IMG/VR virus record: IMGVR_UViG_3300042458_000246
Coordinates: 1-62,151 of that record
Reading direction: 5' to 3' (one strand)
Source of the DNA: a virus
Taxonomy: Duplodnaviria; Caudoviricetes
DNA: 62,151 nt
Made by a program: the position numbers and the translations under genes. Under the pieces are notes generated by a model. It made no database searches, was not told where the DNA came from, and was given only the letters and a program-made list of their open reading frames with translations. This document shows, piece by piece, positions 46,291 through 57,899 of the stretch. Position 1 is the stretch's first letter. Each line of letters opens with the position of its first letter.

Positions 46291-47841
46291 TTACCTCCGA
46301 TCAGCAGGTTTAGCGTCAAGAGCTATCATAGCCAGACGCCAATAATTCGTTGCAGTAATTCTGTAGTTAAGTACACGACCATTAACCCGTGGGTCAACCT
46401 TATAGCCTTGTGACTTTTCATTGTTAGGAAGAAATGTAAATGTATCTTTTAATGCTGCATCATCTACAGATAAGTCTACATTCTTAACATAATTGTTTTG
46501 TCCTACAACTCTGATAGTAATATTAGAGTCATTAGGTACTGTATCAAACACAGGATACAAAGAAGTAATTAAAGAACTTCCTGTAACATCACCTGAGTTA
46601 AGTTTCTTTTTCTCTACATACGAAGTAAAAGAAGCTAATGCAGTACCATTCCACAATTGGAAGGCATCAGACTCTACTAATGTTGTAGTTGTTGTAGTTG
46701 TAAAGTATACTACTTCTTTACCATACTGAAATGCGTTAGATACATTAGATGGACCAAAGAAAGAATAAGTCATGTTAGTAGCTTGACGTTTAGACCATGT
46801 ATTATTTTTATAATTATAGATCAATACTTCATTGCATACTGTAGAACTTCCTTTAGGATAATTAATCCAGACTTCTTTGTAGTAAGCATGTCTTGTCACG
46901 TGTACTTTATCAATAGCATTTTTATTTAAGTTATTAAAGAAATACTTTTTAATTCTGAAGTCAGCAAGAGATTCAATACTACCTGAACCATTGTGAATGT
47001 AAATGTCATTACGGTCAACAACTAAGTGTTTACCATCAAACTCGCATACACAATCTACAGATAAAATTCCATAAGACCGACTATAAGGAACAACTCGTGT
47101 TCCATTAATTCCAATAGACAATATACTGATACTGTCTGAGGAATATATAAACATATTACCTCTCAACTCAGCCATATCTAATATGGGAGATGTAGAGTTA
47201 ATTTCAAATTCATCTGCGGTATCTGTTGTGGTTCCGGGTTGCCATACAGTAGGTATAGCTCCAGTAGCCGCTTGTACAGACACTCGTACAGTACTTGGTG
47301 CGTATGTTGTAACTCCTGTACTACTGTCTGCAATAGTAAGGTTAGCCGCAATAAGTGAGTAATTAAGTGATCTAACTACTTTAGCGGTAACAGTTAAGTT
47401 ACCAAGATAATTCCAGTTAGGAAGTGGGAGAAATGCTGATCCAGCATTAATGTCTCCATACAAACAATATATAGGTGTTGTTCTACCATTGTTAAGTACA
47501 ATAGCAAAACCACCATTAAACAAAGTTCCTTGCCAATCACTGTTTGTGTATGAGCCACCAGTACCAGTAAACATAGTTGACTGATTACCAGCAGCATCTA
47601 CACGAACAATGTTACCATCTTTAGCAAAGATGTTATATCCTTGATCAGGACGCCTCCAATGAATGCCATAGTCAGGGGCAATAGAAACTGTCCTATAAAT
47701 AGATTCACCTGTAATTGTTGATACTGCTTCGTCATCAAAGCGTACATTAAGTACGTCTGTAAATGTATTCTGAGGTACAATCATAGGAGGTAAGTCTGTA
47801 TTGAGACCGCCTTTACCTAGCTGTTCGATTGGGATTGCCAT
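46291..47841 (-). CDS. Tail nozzle / stabilization protein
   Basis: GGLNTDLPP...NVRF start, beta-rich, YNYKNNTWS, GRVLNYRI. Confidence 0.75.
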   Translation of the reverse strand: MAIPIEQLGKGGLNTDLPPMIVPQNTFTDVLNVRFDDEAVSTITGESIYRTVSIAPDYGIHWRRPDQGYNIFAKDGNIVRVDAAGNQSTMFTGTGGSYTNSDWQGTLFNGGFAIVLNNGRTTPIYCLYGDINAGSAFLPLPNWNYLGNLTVTAKVVRSLNYSLIAANLTIADSSTGVTTYAPSTVRVSVQAATGAIPTVWQPGTTTDTADEFEINSTSPILDMAELRGNMFIYSSDSISILSIGINGTRVVPYSRSYGILSVDCVCEFDGKHLVVDRNDIYIHNGSGSIESLADFRIKKYFFNNLNKNAIDKVHVTRHAYYKEVWINYPKGSSTVCNEVLIYNYKNNTWSKRQATNMTYSFFGPSNVSNAFQYGKEVVYFTTTTTTTLVESDAFQLWNGTALASFTSYVEKKKLNSGDVTGSSLITSLYPVFDTVPNDSNITIRVVGQNNYVKNVDLSVDDAALKDTFTFLPNNEKSQGYKVDPRVNGRVLNYRITATNYWRLAMIALDAKPADRR

Positions 47842-47859
47842 GAGATATCCTTTTTATTA

Positions 47860-47875
47860 CTATTAGGTACCAAGT
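47860..47875 (-). promoter_or_regulatory. Phage RNAP promoter overlapping the endolysin stop
   Basis: ACTTGGTACCTAATAG, 14/16. Confidence 0.7.
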
Positions 47876-48309
47876 AAAGCGCATTCAGCCTTACGTCTTT
47901 TGTTAAGACCAGACAACACTTTACCACCACCTTTATTCCATTTCATTAGCTCTGTCTTAGCGGCTTCCCAGTCTTGTTCATTAACCTTACGTCTTAATGT
48001 ACTCGTTTGAAGCCTACCAACTCCTAAGTTATAACAGAAGTCAACAATGGCATTTAATTTCTTTTCATCTGTGACCAGCACAGGACAATACTTAAGTACT
48101 CCGGGTAAATAAGTATGATGTAATTCTCTGAGAAGTAAATCATAAGCCTCAGGCTCACTCATATGAGGATCCTGAAGCGTTACTTTTTTACCGTCAGCAT
48201 AATATGTACTACCATAACCTATAGTAGCCACATTAGCAGGACACATGTAAGGCTTAGAGCTAAAGCCTTCAAAATGTTTACACAAGTCTGCGGCTAATGT
48301 TAAGTTCAT
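47863..48309 (-). CDS. Endolysin, GH24 lysozyme
   Basis: FEG...PYMCPANVATIGYG, FCYNLG, GLNKRRKAE. Confidence 0.92.
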   Translation of the reverse strand: MNLTLAADLCKHFEGFSSKPYMCPANVATIGYGSTYYADGKKVTLQDPHMSEPEAYDLLLRELHHTYLPGVLKYCPVLVTDEKKLNAIVDFCYNLGVGRLQTSTLRRKVNEQDWEAAKTELMKWNKGGGKVLSGLNKRRKAECALLGT

Positions 48310-48803
48310 AGCCCACGCTTGCTGAGTGTACGATCAAGGAACCAGTAGTTAAGAGTACCAGATACAAGAGCCGCAAAGTCTGCTGACATCATTACCTTGA
48401 ATACTTCTACTGGAGGCATACCATTAGTCCATGAGTTATAAGCTAACCAGATATGAACAAATGACCATAGTGCTAGGATCCAATATGTCACTACAGGGCG
48501 TACTGAAGCTGACAATGCGGCTACCCATCCACCACCAGCGGCTTTAACCATTTCTGTTTGTTGTTCAATAGCAGACTGGAAAGCACCCATAACACCTACA
48601 TCAATAGCGGCTTCACGTTGAGCACCAATCTCAGCTAACTTCTGTTGACCACGTTGAGCCTCAAGGTCACACTGAAACTTAAACATATTAAGTTCATGTG
48701 AACGTTCATTCTTCTTATCTAACCACTTGAGTACTTCAGGGGCTAATCGGAATATACCACCGAATAGTGAACCCAGAATACCACCACTTAAAATATCTAA
48801 CAT
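48306..48803 (-). CDS. Putative holin (multi-TM)
   Basis: SVRPVVTY...YWFLDR; adjacent to the endolysin. Confidence 0.65.
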   Translation of the reverse strand: MLDILSGGILGSLFGGIFRLAPEVLKWLDKKNERSHELNMFKFQCDLEAQRGQQKLAEIGAQREAAIDVGVMGAFQSAIEQQTEMVKAAGGGWVAALSASVRPVVTYWILALWSFVHIWLAYNSWTNGMPPVEVFKVMMSADFAALVSGTLNYWFLDRTLSKRGL

Positions 48804-48804
48804 A

Positions 48805-48954
48805 TTATAATCCTATCTTACCTAGTAATAAAGCAACAATCTTATTAGAAAGATCATCAGGAAGAAATTTAAGAAAACCTAAAAACCATAGAGCTACACA
48901 TCCATATATGAATATTTTTAAGCACAAGTCAAATGTCTTCTGATATTCATTCAT
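48805..48954 (-). CDS. Small membrane protein (49 aa)
   Basis: Manually found; ATGA overlap, one TM. Confidence 0.55.
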   Translation of the reverse strand: MNEYQKTFDLCLKIFIYGCVALWFLGFLKFLPDDLSNKIVALLLGKIGL

Positions 48955-49445
48955 CTGCCACACCTACGTGTAGTGTTACAGAAGTCTATTAATTCGCTGA
49001 CACCAACAAAGAGTAAAAACAAAATGAAAAATGATCCACCTATAATCATAGCTAGTTCATTCATCTCTTGTTCTTTTGCCTTAGCTGCTTTCTCTGATTT
49101 CTGTAAAGATCGAAGCTCTCTGGCATCATCTATGTCCATCTGGTCTTGACGGGCTTTAATCTTATTCCAAACGTCAACCTTACCTGTAGCCATAAAGAGC
49201 ATTTTAAGTTCTTCTTCAAAAACTCTGGCTTGTTCAAGAGCCATCTCAATCTGAAGAGCAGTTCCCATATTAGAACCTTTGTTTTTCTTTGTTTCAATCA
49301 ACGCTTTAGTAGCAGTTGATTTAGCATCAAACATTTTGCCTATCATAGGGGCAAGAGAGCCAAGGTCATTAGCTACTTTACTAGCTTTCTTGACCATATT
49401 AATCGCATTCTGTATGCCAGCTAGTGCTGTTAGAGGATCAATCAT
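48951..49445 (-). CDS. Membrane-anchored coiled-coil protein (lysis cluster)
   Basis: MIDPLTALA start, C-terminal TM. Confidence 0.7.
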   Translation of the reverse strand: MIDPLTALAGIQNAINMVKKASKVANDLGSLAPMIGKMFDAKSTATKALIETKKNKGSNMGTALQIEMALEQARVFEEELKMLFMATGKVDVWNKIKARQDQMDIDDARELRSLQKSEKAAKAKEQEMNELAMIIGGSFFILFLLFVGVSELIDFCNTTRRCGR

Positions 49446-49585
49446 TTCTTATCTTTCCTTTTCCATTCTAAACAAACAACCTTTCGATTATACACATCAC
49501 CTGACCATGACCATCTAACACATCTATATTCTTCTTTAACAGGAAGACTTAATGCAATAAGGAGGCTAACAGCAGAAAGAAACAT
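49442..49585 (-). CDS. Small exported protein (47 aa)
   Basis: Manually found; signal-like N-terminus, YRCVRWSWSGDVYNRKVVCLEW. Confidence 0.6.
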   Translation of the reverse strand: MFLSAVSLLIALSLPVKEEYRCVRWSWSGDVYNRKVVCLEWKRKDKK

Positions 49586-49824
49586 TACTTATGTATCTTA
49601 CTATCTATAGCTAACCATATTGCACCAAACAAAGCACCAAGAATAATAATTGGCTTAACTGCTCTAGCAAACCATTCAAGAACTGTGAATGCACCCTGAG
49701 CTGCATTGAAAGCCTTGACGACTTCTTCTGTACTTTTATCCAACTTATCTACTTTAACTTCTACTGCTAGAAGTCGTTCATATATTTGTGAGTGACTTAC
49801 TTCATTATCTTGAATGGTATCCAT
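49585..49824 (-). CDS. Coiled-coil + TM protein (holin/hemolysin-like)
   Basis: IYERLLAVEVKVDKLD, C-terminal TM. Confidence 0.65.
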   Translation of the reverse strand: MDTIQDNEVSHSQIYERLLAVEVKVDKLDKSTEEVVKAFNAAQGAFTVLEWFARAVKPIIILGALFGAIWLAIDSKIHK

Positions 49825-49826
49825 TA

Positions 49827-50084
49827 TTAACTTTCCTTTATTTGTACATCTTGAACACCAGTGTCTGGTTGAACAATCTTTTCTAGTTCTTGTTTTAGCA
49901 TTGTTACGAATGCTTGCTTGCCAACCATAAGTTGATCCAGATTAAACTGGGTAGATCCAATCTTACGATCAAGGTCTGCTACGTGATTAACCAAAATCTT
50001 TTGTTGGTCAGTCATGTCATCAAAGTTGTATTCTTTGTCATCAATAATGATCTGAGGTTTGTTTGTTTCTTTACTCATTTTCAT
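49827..50084 (-). CDS. Small coiled-coil tail-fibre-associated protein
   Basis: IIDDKEY..DDMTDQQK..VNHVADLDRK. Confidence 0.7.
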   Translation of the reverse strand: MKMSKETNKPQIIIDDKEYNFDDMTDQQKILVNHVADLDRKIGSTQFNLDQLMVGKQAFVTMLKQELEKIVQPDTGVQDVQIKES

Positions 50085-50110
50085 TTTCCTTTTATTTAAG
50101 TTAAGTTAAT

Positions 50111-50449
50111 TTAAATTGTACTTGTAGTAGCCCACGGGAGTGGGAGCTGTACTACAGGCGGGTTAATAAGAGAATCGATTTGGCTTTGAATAGCCGCCTC
50201 AGTTGCCTCTTGGTTGACACCATTAGCCCACACCCACTCAAGAACTTGTTCCTGAGTAAGGTCGGCATAAGGGATGTATGTTGTAGACTCAGGGTCTAGT
50301 GTGAATGATGCTGTACTGTAGATAGAAGTATTGTGTGTATCTTGTACACCATTACACCGCCATCCAGCAGTAACTACTACATCAGTAAAGGTACCCTCTA
50401 CTGGTTTGCATTGCATCCATTCAATTTTCCATGTGATAGTTGCTGACAT
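50111..50449 (-). CDS. Putative tail fibre assembly protein
   Basis: PYADLTQEQVLEWV...INPP...LPW; paralog of next gene. Confidence 0.7.
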   Translation of the reverse strand: MSATITWKIEWMQCKPVEGTFTDVVVTAGWRCNGVQDTHNTSIYSTASFTLDPESTTYIPYADLTQEQVLEWVWANGVNQEATEAAIQSQIDSLINPPVVQLPLPWATTSTI

Positions 50450-50763
50450 CAAGCACTCCAAGGTAATGGGGTGTTTTGAGGTGATACAGGAGGCGTAATC
50501 ATACTATCGATTTGCCCCTGTACACATGCTTGAGCATTTATGAGCTGTGATTCAGGGATCCAGCTAATAACAATTTCTTCAGTTAACTGATCATAAGGGA
50601 TGAAGTTATCTGATTGTTCGGAACTAGACTGAGTGTTCCCTTGAATAGATGCAGTGTGTGTTCCATCTACGCCAATAACTTCCCAGAGGGCGTTCACTAC
50701 GTAGTTAGGGTCAGGCTGTTGCAAGGTGTACATAGCCGTGATGCGAGTTGTAAAAGTTGTCAT
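50449..50763 (-). CDS. Putative tail fibre assembly protein
   Basis: PYDQLTEEIVISWI...ITPP...LPW. Confidence 0.7.
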   Translation of the reverse strand: MTTFTTRITAMYTLQQPDPNYVVNALWEVIGVDGTHTASIQGNTQSSSEQSDNFIPYDQLTEEIVISWIPESQLINAQACVQGQIDSMITPPVSPQNTPLPWSA

Positions 50764-50773
50764 AATTTACCTT

Positions 50774-53700
50774 TTAAAGTGTTGATATTACAAATGCTAA
50801 TAGTTGGTCATAGCGAATTCCAAGTCGAGTCTTTTCAACTGCATTTGGTGTATTTGCAGAATATGGTCGTTTATCTGCATCAAGTCCTTGACCATCAACT
50901 TCATACCAAGTATCAGAACAAAATAAACCATAGCGTGTTGCATCAAGACCTTCAGCAACAAAAGCGGCATGAACTTCTTGGGCAATTACGCCAATATGGA
51001 TACGTGCGCTATCTCCTTTTTCTGCAACAGAATCATTAAATTTAAACGCTTTAATAAGACTTTTAATCCGTGTAGCAACTGCTTTTTCTGAAAGATTTAA
51101 ATCACGAACTTGTTGTTTAAGATTTGCGTCTGAAGTATTAATTAATGCAGTTCCTGCATAAATGGTTGACATCCTGTATGAAGCACTACCAAGAGTAGTA
51201 ACATTATCATTAAGATTTGAATCACCATAAGCGGGAAGCCAAGCGGATCCACCAAAAGCTATTCCGGAATTATTACCAAGAGGTCCGGGAGCATCACCAA
51301 CAAAAGCATTAGCTATTCTTAGTCTTCGTGATGAACCAAAAGCCCAAAATTGACTTCCATCCCAAGCGGCAGGCGCATTCCCATCCCCATCAGACAGCAC
51401 GATGTAGTTGCTTGCACCAGTAATGTTTAGACTATTTTGATTGCCATTAAACGAACCAAGAATGGTATTTTTAATACCTGATGACATTAAGTAACCAGAG
51501 TTATATCCAACATATGTATTGCCATAACCACTTGTTTGTGTAAACCCTGCGCCTTGTCCAATGCCAGTATTGCCCCCGTTATAAATTCCCGTAATGTTTC
51601 TAAGTGCTTGAAAACCTAAAGCAGTTTGCGAAGACGATACAGTATTTGCATACAACGATTCTTGACCAATTGCTGTATTGCTTGCACCTGATGTGCTTTT
51701 CTGAAGTGCGCCAGCACCTACAGCGGTGTTATATGACGCATTTATATTTTCGGAAAGAGCACCATTACCAAATGCAGTGTTGTAATTACCCGCACTATTG
51801 TTTCCTAAAGCAGAAGCGGCAACTCCAATTACGCCACCGCCTACTGCGGTATTGTACGAACCACCTATATTTTGATACAAAGCTTGAGGACCAACCGCTA
51901 CGTTTTGTGTACCAGTTTGGTTTGTAAAAGCAGCCTGATAACCAACCGCTACGTTGTTGGAAGCCGAGGTGTTAGATGTTAAAGCCTGTAAACCAACTGC
52001 TGTATTGTTTGAACCAGTAGCGGGGTTGCCTGAAGCATATGCTGAACTACCAATCCCTGTGTTATTAACTCCTGTTGTAGCGCTAGCGCCAGCGTTGTAC
52101 CCAACATATGTGTTGTAAGTACTTACCGCAGTTGATGGGTTACTGTTATAGCCAGCGTAAGCTCCCAAAAATACGTTAGCGTTACCTAAAGAATTAAGGT
52201 AACCAGAAAAATAGCCCATACCAATATTGTTATTTGCAACAGTATTCCCTGTAAGAGAATACATACCAACGGCAGAATTAAAGCTTCCTGATGTGTTACC
52301 ACTTAAAGAAGCAATACCTACTGCGGTATTACGTTCACCTGAAGTGAATGAATATAATGCACCGCCACCAACGCCTGTGTTGTACTCACCTGTTGCACTA
52401 CCAGGTGTTCCACGTACCGATTGGTAGCCAACCCCTGTGTTGTAACCGGCTGTTACATATAAGCCAGATTGTCCGCCAATAAAAGTGTTTTGCACTGCGT
52501 TACTAACAGAAGAACCTGCTGAAGCACCAACAAAAGTAGAGCCAACAGAATCTGCAACATTGAATGCGTATCCTGCTTGATAACCAATTGATACTAAATT
52601 ACTTCCTGATTGGTTTAAATAAGCCGACTGATAACCTACAGCAATATTGTTAGAGCCTGTAAGATTAGCATTAAGCGAAGAATTACCAAGGGCAACATTA
52701 TATGAACCAGAAGTGTTGGATGCCATAACAGCATTTCCACCACCAGCGTTATAACTTCCAATGGCTACATTACAAACACCCGTAGTAAGACCCGCTAATG
52801 CTTCGTTACCAATACCAATATTTCTATTGCCAGAAGTAACAATGTTTAGTGCGGAGTTACCAATTGCTGTGTTGTAGGAGCCTGTAACTCCCGCACTAGC
52901 ACCCATAGAATTAGCACCAATTGCAATTGTAAAACTGCCGCTAGTTATTCCCAAACCAGCCTTAGTACCTAAAGCAGTTAAAGATGCCCCATTTGAAGAA
53001 TAAAGAGCCTGATAGCCAACGCCTGTATTGTTAGTGCCACCAACGTTTGTTCTCAATGCACTTGTACCAACAGCAGTGTTGTATGAACCAGTTGTATTGG
53101 CGTATAAAGCCGCATTACCAACGCCACTATGTTGAGTTCCAATTGCAGTATTTCCAATACCACCATTGTTTGTGTACAAGGCATTTGTACCAATAGCCAT
53201 GTTGCCAGCATCTGCTTGTGTGGCACGAGCCGCACCTAAACCTATTGCTACTAAATCAGTTCCTGTGGTATTAGAATAACCCGCCTGATAACCTACAGCA
53301 GTGTTGTTTGATGCTGAGAGATTATTAAAAAGTGCATCCGTTCCAATTGCGGTATTGTTTCCACCCGATGTGTTTAACAGTAAAGTTGCTCTACCAAAAG
53401 CCGCATTATTTGAGCCTGAATCTGTAGACGTTAATGCACTTGTTCCAAAAGCCGAATTCTGCGTTCCAGTTGTTAAAGAAGACATAGCCCCTGAACCAAC
53501 TCGCGTATTGTATAAACCCGAACCACCACCCTTGCCAACAGTTACGCCATTGATAGATGCGTCTGCTGTGCTTGATAGTGTTCCTGTCACTGCAAGACCT
53601 GTAGAAGTAATAGTTGCAACAACTGCTCCAGCAGTAGCAATAATTATGTTACCAGCTTCATAGTTATAAATGTAAGCATCTACACCAATGTTTCCAAAAA

Positions 53701-56617
53701 TAACACCATCAGCTGCGCCTGAGCCAGTAGATCCGTTGGTGTAATGCGTTATAGCCCAACCGCCTACATCGGCAGTATTGATGTGTAGTAAACCTGAAGT
53801 TGATGGTCCATTTGAAATAGGGTTGTTAGTTCCAAGACCTAAATTACCTGAGGCATTAAGGCGCATTTGCTCGGTTGATAACGTATTGTTTAACCACCTT
53901 GTGACGCTAGTAGATGAAAACTGAAGCAAGCCAGTTGCGTCTGTTGCTAAACCACTATTAGAAGAATTAGCAGAGTTAAAAAGTTGTAAATAATTGCCGC
54001 CAAGAAGCCTAACGTTTCCGTTAACAACAAGTTTTTCTGTAGGATTGCTTGTACCAATACCCACATTGATGCCGCTTGCGGTGTATAGCGATGTTCCAGT
54101 TAAAGTCATCCGCAATGTGCTATCAGTAAAAAACTCAAGTGGATAATTACCAGTAGAAAAAAGTGCTGATTGACTACCAAGTGCCGTGCTATTGCGCCCA
54201 AGTGAAAAATACTCACCTGCATCATTTACAACATATATTTTTGCTTGTGATGCTGAATTGTTGGTGGTATTAGTTACTCTAAGACCTGCGTTATAAGCAG
54301 TATCTGCATAAGAAACATTTAGTTGCGAACCATCAAAAGTAAGCGCAGACCCAGTAGCCAATGCACTAGAACTAGATGCGTAAACCACACCGCCTGATGT
54401 GAATGATGAAAGGTTTGTTCCACCATTTGCAGTGGGCAATACACCATTGACACCAGCAGTCAAAGAAACTGTATTCTTTTCCCACAGACTATTACTTGAG
54501 TTGTATACAAGCGTTTGTCCGTTGGTGGGTGATTGGGCAGCCACATCATGTAGCTCATCCATCTCATATCCGTTTTGAATCTTGACTTCAATAGTACCTT
54601 GATTAGCATGCTGGTATGTGACAATACCAACGTACACCAAGTGAATCGGTGCGTAAGGTTTAGTGCTTGTGTAAGTACCCGCAGTAATTCCGCTGAGATA
54701 CAACTGAGTGCCATTAGCAAAAGCAGAGGTATCAAGACCGCTTACCACACCAATAACAACTACATAACCGTTTTGGTTAGTTGGAATGTCGGCTTGAATA
54801 ACACCGTAAGTCTGTGCTGATGTAGCGTCTGCATTAGCCAATGCTTTAGATACAAGAGCTTTGTTGCTTGACGCTCCGCTAACATATACAACAGTACCCT
54901 TGGTAAGTGTTGCACCAGTCTCATTACGAACTTGGCTAATCAATGTAGCAGTGTTAAGAGCTGTTCCTACAGACAGGTCTCTTGTAGTACCTGTAGGACT
55001 AATCACAACACTACCGTCTACAGACGTCAATGTTTGAATTGCTGTGTCTGCTGTTGCACCTTGAGCCGCAGTAGCATACGCAGTACTGTTAGTAGTAGCC
55101 GCAGTACCAAGACCAAGGTTAGCCCTTGCGGTAGTTGCGTCAGCTAAGTCAGAAAGATTGTTTGCTCTAAAGGCATATGTTGTGTCTGCACCTGTACCTG
55201 TAACACCAAGATTAGACCTAGCACCTGAAGCATCACTTGCACCTGTACCACCGTCAGCAACAGCCAAGTCAGTAATACCTGTGATAGATCCACCAGTAAC
55301 AGATACACTATTAGAGTTCTGTACAGACATTGTACCAAGACCAGAGATATCTGTATTAGCTAATACAACATTACCTGTGCGACCAGCTACGGATGTAACC
55401 AAATTAGTCTGATCAATCTTTTGCCAAAAAGAACCATTAAAAATAGCCCAGTCACCAATAGCCCAGTCATTAACACCATCAAGATTAGTACTACCTGATG
55501 TAGATACAACATAGTATCCACCAGTAGTTCCTGTACCAGACGTCAATGTAGGTGTATTGGTAGATGCGTTCCATGTACCAAGGTATACAAGACCACCTGT
55601 AAGACTCACCCAAGTAGTGTCATAGTTTGTGCTACTTAGTTTAGCTAATACTTGTCCAACTGTACCGCCTGTAGCAATACCCGGAGTATTAACCCATGAA
55701 ATTCCTGTGTATACCTTCATCAAGCTTGTTGTTGAATTGAAGTACATTGCACCAGTAATCAATGCGTTACCGTCATTGTCTACTGTTGGATCTGTTGTTT
55801 TAGCACCAAGGTAACGATCATCAAATGAGTCGTATGAGGCTGCAGCAGAAGCAGCACTTGCAGCTGCATCTGTAGCCTGAGCAGTAGCAATACCTGCTTG
55901 AGTAGTTGCAGTGGTAGCACTAGTAGACGCACTAGAAGCAGATCCTGCGGCAGATGTTGCTGAGTTAGCCGCATTGTTAGCTGATGTGTTAGCGGCAGTC
56001 GCACTGTTAGATGCATTAGTCGCCTGTGTAGTGGCAATACCCGCCTGAGTAGTTGCTGTAGCCGCACTAGCCGCAGAAGCAGTGGCACTGTTAGCAGATG
56101 CCGTTGCACTATTTGCTGAGTTAGTTGCTTGTGTTGTTGCTATACCAGCTTGTGTAGTCGCAGTAGCGGCACTTGCGGCAGAAGCCGTTGCACTGTTAGC
56201 TGAATTAGTCGCTGAAGTAGAAGCACTTGTTGCACTGTTTGTAGCAGATGTTGCTGAGGCAGATGCAGATGTTGCACTGTTAGCCGCACTTGTAGCACTA
56301 GTAGTTGCACTTGTAGCACTGTTAGTTGCAGAGGTAGCTGAGGCAGTTGCAGATGTCGCTGAGTTAGCGGCACTAGTAGCACTGTTAGCCGCATTAGTTG
56401 CAGAAGTACCAGCAGATGTCGCTGAGTTAGCCGCATTAGTTGCGCTTGTAGCCGCAGCTGCTTGACTTGCAGCCGCTTCTTCAGCACTAATATTTGCAGC
56501 TGCAGCACTGCTAGCCGCTATATTTGGATAATTAGCCGATGTTGATTCATCAAAATTATCGTATTCTCCTCCCTTGGAAGGATTACCAGTTGTTCCCGGT
56601 GTACTTGTATATGCCAT
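50774..56617 (-). CDS. Long tail fibre with A/S/T heptad stalk, NTAxG beta-roll repeats and S74 chaperone
   Basis: ATSAANS repeats, FDDRYLG, many NTAVG units, TSDANLKQ...GIRYDQL. Confidence 0.9.
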   Translation of the reverse strand: MAYTSTPGTTGNPSKGGEYDNFDESTSANYPNIAASSAAAANISAEEAAASQAAAATSATNAANSATSAGTSATNAANSATSAANSATSATASATSATNSATSATTSATSAANSATSASASATSATNSATSASTSATNSANSATASAASAATATTQAGIATTQATNSANSATASANSATASAASAATATTQAGIATTQATNASNSATAANTSANNAANSATSAAGSASSASTSATTATTQAGIATAQATDAAASAASAAASYDSFDDRYLGAKTTDPTVDNDGNALITGAMYFNSTTSLMKVYTGISWVNTPGIATGGTVGQVLAKLSSTNYDTTWVSLTGGLVYLGTWNASTNTPTLTSGTGTTGGYYVVSTSGSTNLDGVNDWAIGDWAIFNGSFWQKIDQTNLVTSVAGRTGNVVLANTDISGLGTMSVQNSNSVSVTGGSITGITDLAVADGGTGASDASGARSNLGVTGTGADTTYAFRANNLSDLADATTARANLGLGTAATTNSTAYATAAQGATADTAIQTLTSVDGSVVISPTGTTRDLSVGTALNTATLISQVRNETGATLTKGTVVYVSGASSNKALVSKALANADATSAQTYGVIQADIPTNQNGYVVVIGVVSGLDTSAFANGTQLYLSGITAGTYTSTKPYAPIHLVYVGIVTYQHANQGTIEVKIQNGYEMDELHDVAAQSPTNGQTLVYNSSNSLWEKNTVSLTAGVNGVLPTANGGTNLSSFTSGGVVYASSSSALATGSALTFDGSQLNVSYADTAYNAGLRVTNTTNNSASQAKIYVVNDAGEYFSLGRNSTALGSQSALFSTGNYPLEFFTDSTLRMTLTGTSLYTASGINVGIGTSNPTEKLVVNGNVRLLGGNYLQLFNSANSSNSGLATDATGLLQFSSTSVTRWLNNTLSTEQMRLNASGNLGLGTNNPISNGPSTSGLLHINTADVGGWAITHYTNGSTGSGAADGVIFGNIGVDAYIYNYEAGNIIIATAGAVVATITSTGLAVTGTLSSTADASINGVTVGKGGGSGLYNTRVGSGAMSSLTTGTQNSAFGTSALTSTDSGSNNAAFGRATLLLNTSGGNNTAIGTDALFNNLSASNNTAVGYQAGYSNTTGTDLVAIGLGAARATQADAGNMAIGTNALYTNNGGIGNTAIGTQHSGVGNAALYANTTGSYNTAVGTSALRTNVGGTNNTGVGYQALYSSNGASLTALGTKAGLGITSGSFTIAIGANSMGASAGVTGSYNTAIGNSALNIVTSGNRNIGIGNEALAGLTTGVCNVAIGSYNAGGGNAVMASNTSGSYNVALGNSSLNANLTGSNNIAVGYQSAYLNQSGSNLVSIGYQAGYAFNVADSVGSTFVGASAGSSVSNAVQNTFIGGQSGLYVTAGYNTGVGYQSVRGTPGSATGEYNTGVGGGALYSFTSGERNTAVGIASLSGNTSGSFNSAVGMYSLTGNTVANNNIGMGYFSGYLNSLGNANVFLGAYAGYNSNPSTAVSTYNTYVGYNAGASATTGVNNTGIGSSAYASGNPATGSNNTAVGLQALTSNTSASNNVAVGYQAAFTNQTGTQNVAVGPQALYQNIGGSYNTAVGGGVIGVAASALGNNSAGNYNTAFGNGALSENINASYNTAVGAGALQKSTSGASNTAIGQESLYANTVSSSQTALGFQALRNITGIYNGGNTGIGQGAGFTQTSGYGNTYVGYNSGYLMSSGIKNTILGSFNGNQNSLNITGASNYIVLSDGDGNAPAAWDGSQFWAFGSSRRLRIANAFVGDAPGPLGNNSGIAFGGSAWLPAYGDSNLNDNVTTLGSASYRMSTIYAGTALINTSDANLKQQVRDLNLSEKAVATRIKSLIKAFKFNDSVAEKGDSARIHIGVIAQEVHAAFVAEGLDATRYGLFCSDTWYEVDGQGLDADKRPYSANTPNAVEKTRLGIRYDQLLAFVISTL

Positions 56618-56627
56618 CTATTACTCC

Positions 56628-57542
56628 TTAAATGAGTCCTTGGGTGTTAAAGTTAACTTGAACATTACCACCCGATGCTCTACGCCACTTCTCTTCTTTA
56701 TTTAATGAAAAGACATTCTCAGTGAATTTCTTTTCGTATCTTAATTCCATTTTCTCATCAAAGAGATATGAGCCTAAATTGTATAATGCACCCCATATAA
56801 GGAGTCTTTCATTTTCATCTCTTAACCAGTTAGATACTTCTTTACCAATATAGTATTTAGTAGTAACTGTTGCATTATATGCTTGAGCCTCTGCTAACGT
56901 AGCAAAACATTTTGTAATAGAATTAGCAGTAGAAAAATACAATGCTGTATCTGTGTTAACACCTGTGAGTGTCAAGAAAGGTTGATTAGCATCTGATAAA
57001 CCAATAAGATAATTAATTGGTGTAACACTGTATGTTGCATCTAATGCAGGAAGTCTACGATAATAACTGATCTCTACAATAGCACCTACTGCTAACTGTG
57101 GATGGATAAACAATTTACCATCTTTCCACATCCAGTTGTATACAGAATACTTTTCACTGTATAAGTCAAAGAATGTACGTGAGTCTGTTACTTCATTGAA
57201 TACTTTACTGACATTCGAAGGGAATGTAGAGTAAGGTGTTTCTAAATTGCTCATTGCCAAAGTACGTACATAAATAAACTGTATTAAATCTTCTGGGATA
57301 TCAAAAGATGTATAGGCATTTCCATAAGGAAGTCCTGCACTATTATCACCTACGTTATCACCTGATTCAACAGTATATGTAACAGTAGTTTCAAGTGGAG
57401 GAATTCTTAGTGTACGATAGCATTCATCGGCAGAATAACTTAGGCAATCTTGAATGACGCTATCTGGAATAGTATTTACTTCGGGTTTGTTTGACCAGTC
57501 ACGTACTTTGTCTACGAGTGCGTCATATCGGGGGGTTGCCAT
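56628..57542 (-). CDS. Head-tail adaptor (tail tubular protein A-like)
   Basis: YDALVDKVRDW, LRIPPLE, IHP...YYRRLPAL, NWL...LLIWGAL. Confidence 0.75.
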   Translation of the reverse strand: MATPRYDALVDKVRDWSNKPEVNTIPDSVIQDCLSYSADECYRTLRIPPLETTVTYTVESGDNVGDNSAGLPYGNAYTSFDIPEDLIQFIYVRTLAMSNLETPYSTFPSNVSKVFNEVTDSRTFFDLYSEKYSVYNWMWKDGKLFIHPQLAVGAIVEISYYRRLPALDATYSVTPINYLIGLSDANQPFLTLTGVNTDTALYFSTANSITKCFATLAEAQAYNATVTTKYYIGKEVSNWLRDENERLLIWGALYNLGSYLFDEKMELRYEKKFTENVFSLNKEEKWRRASGGNVQVNFNTQGLI

Positions 57543-57561
57543 AGATTATTCTCCTGTAAAA

Positions 57562-57885
57562 TCAGAGTGCCTTTACATTACTTGTTTTAAGTAAAGGATA
57601 GTCTGTTTCAATAATTTGTTTTAATCGTCTTACATTTGTTGGTTCATGCATGAATGTATCTGAATGAATATCAAGACCATACTTAGTCAAGATATCAATA
57701 GCTACAATATCAGGGATAATTGCAAATGAACGGTATGTCCGACCGTTGGCGGCAAATGAATCTAATTCTCTTTGTTGTGCTGCATAATCTTTGTATGCAC
57801 TCACATCTTGTACTAGTTGAAAATTATCTTCGTCAGTTTTAACTTGGAAACTATTTTTGTTTCCGTCTTGTGATAGAAAGCCCAT
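57562..57885 (-). CDS. Conserved head-module protein
   Basis: QDV..Y...FAIIPDIV motif; GAGGA RBS. Confidence 0.7.
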   Translation of the reverse strand: MGFLSQDGNKNSFQVKTDEDNFQLVQDVSAYKDYAAQQRELDSFAANGRTYRSFAIIPDIVAIDILTKYGLDIHSDTFMHEPTNVRRLKQIIETDYPLLKTSNVKAL

Positions 57886-57899
57886 GTGTCCTCTTGTAT

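Noticed and set aside
40932-51150. Diversity-generating retroelement (similar C-termini of the two fibres as TR/VR)
   Set aside because: No reverse transcriptase gene. Similarity is at protein level in the S74 domain, without adenine-specific mismatches.
55850-56520. Tandem DNA repeats resembling a CRISPR array or VNTR
   Set aside because: They are in-frame 21-nt-period Ala/Ser/Thr heptads of the tail-fibre stalk, with no unique spacers and no cas genes.
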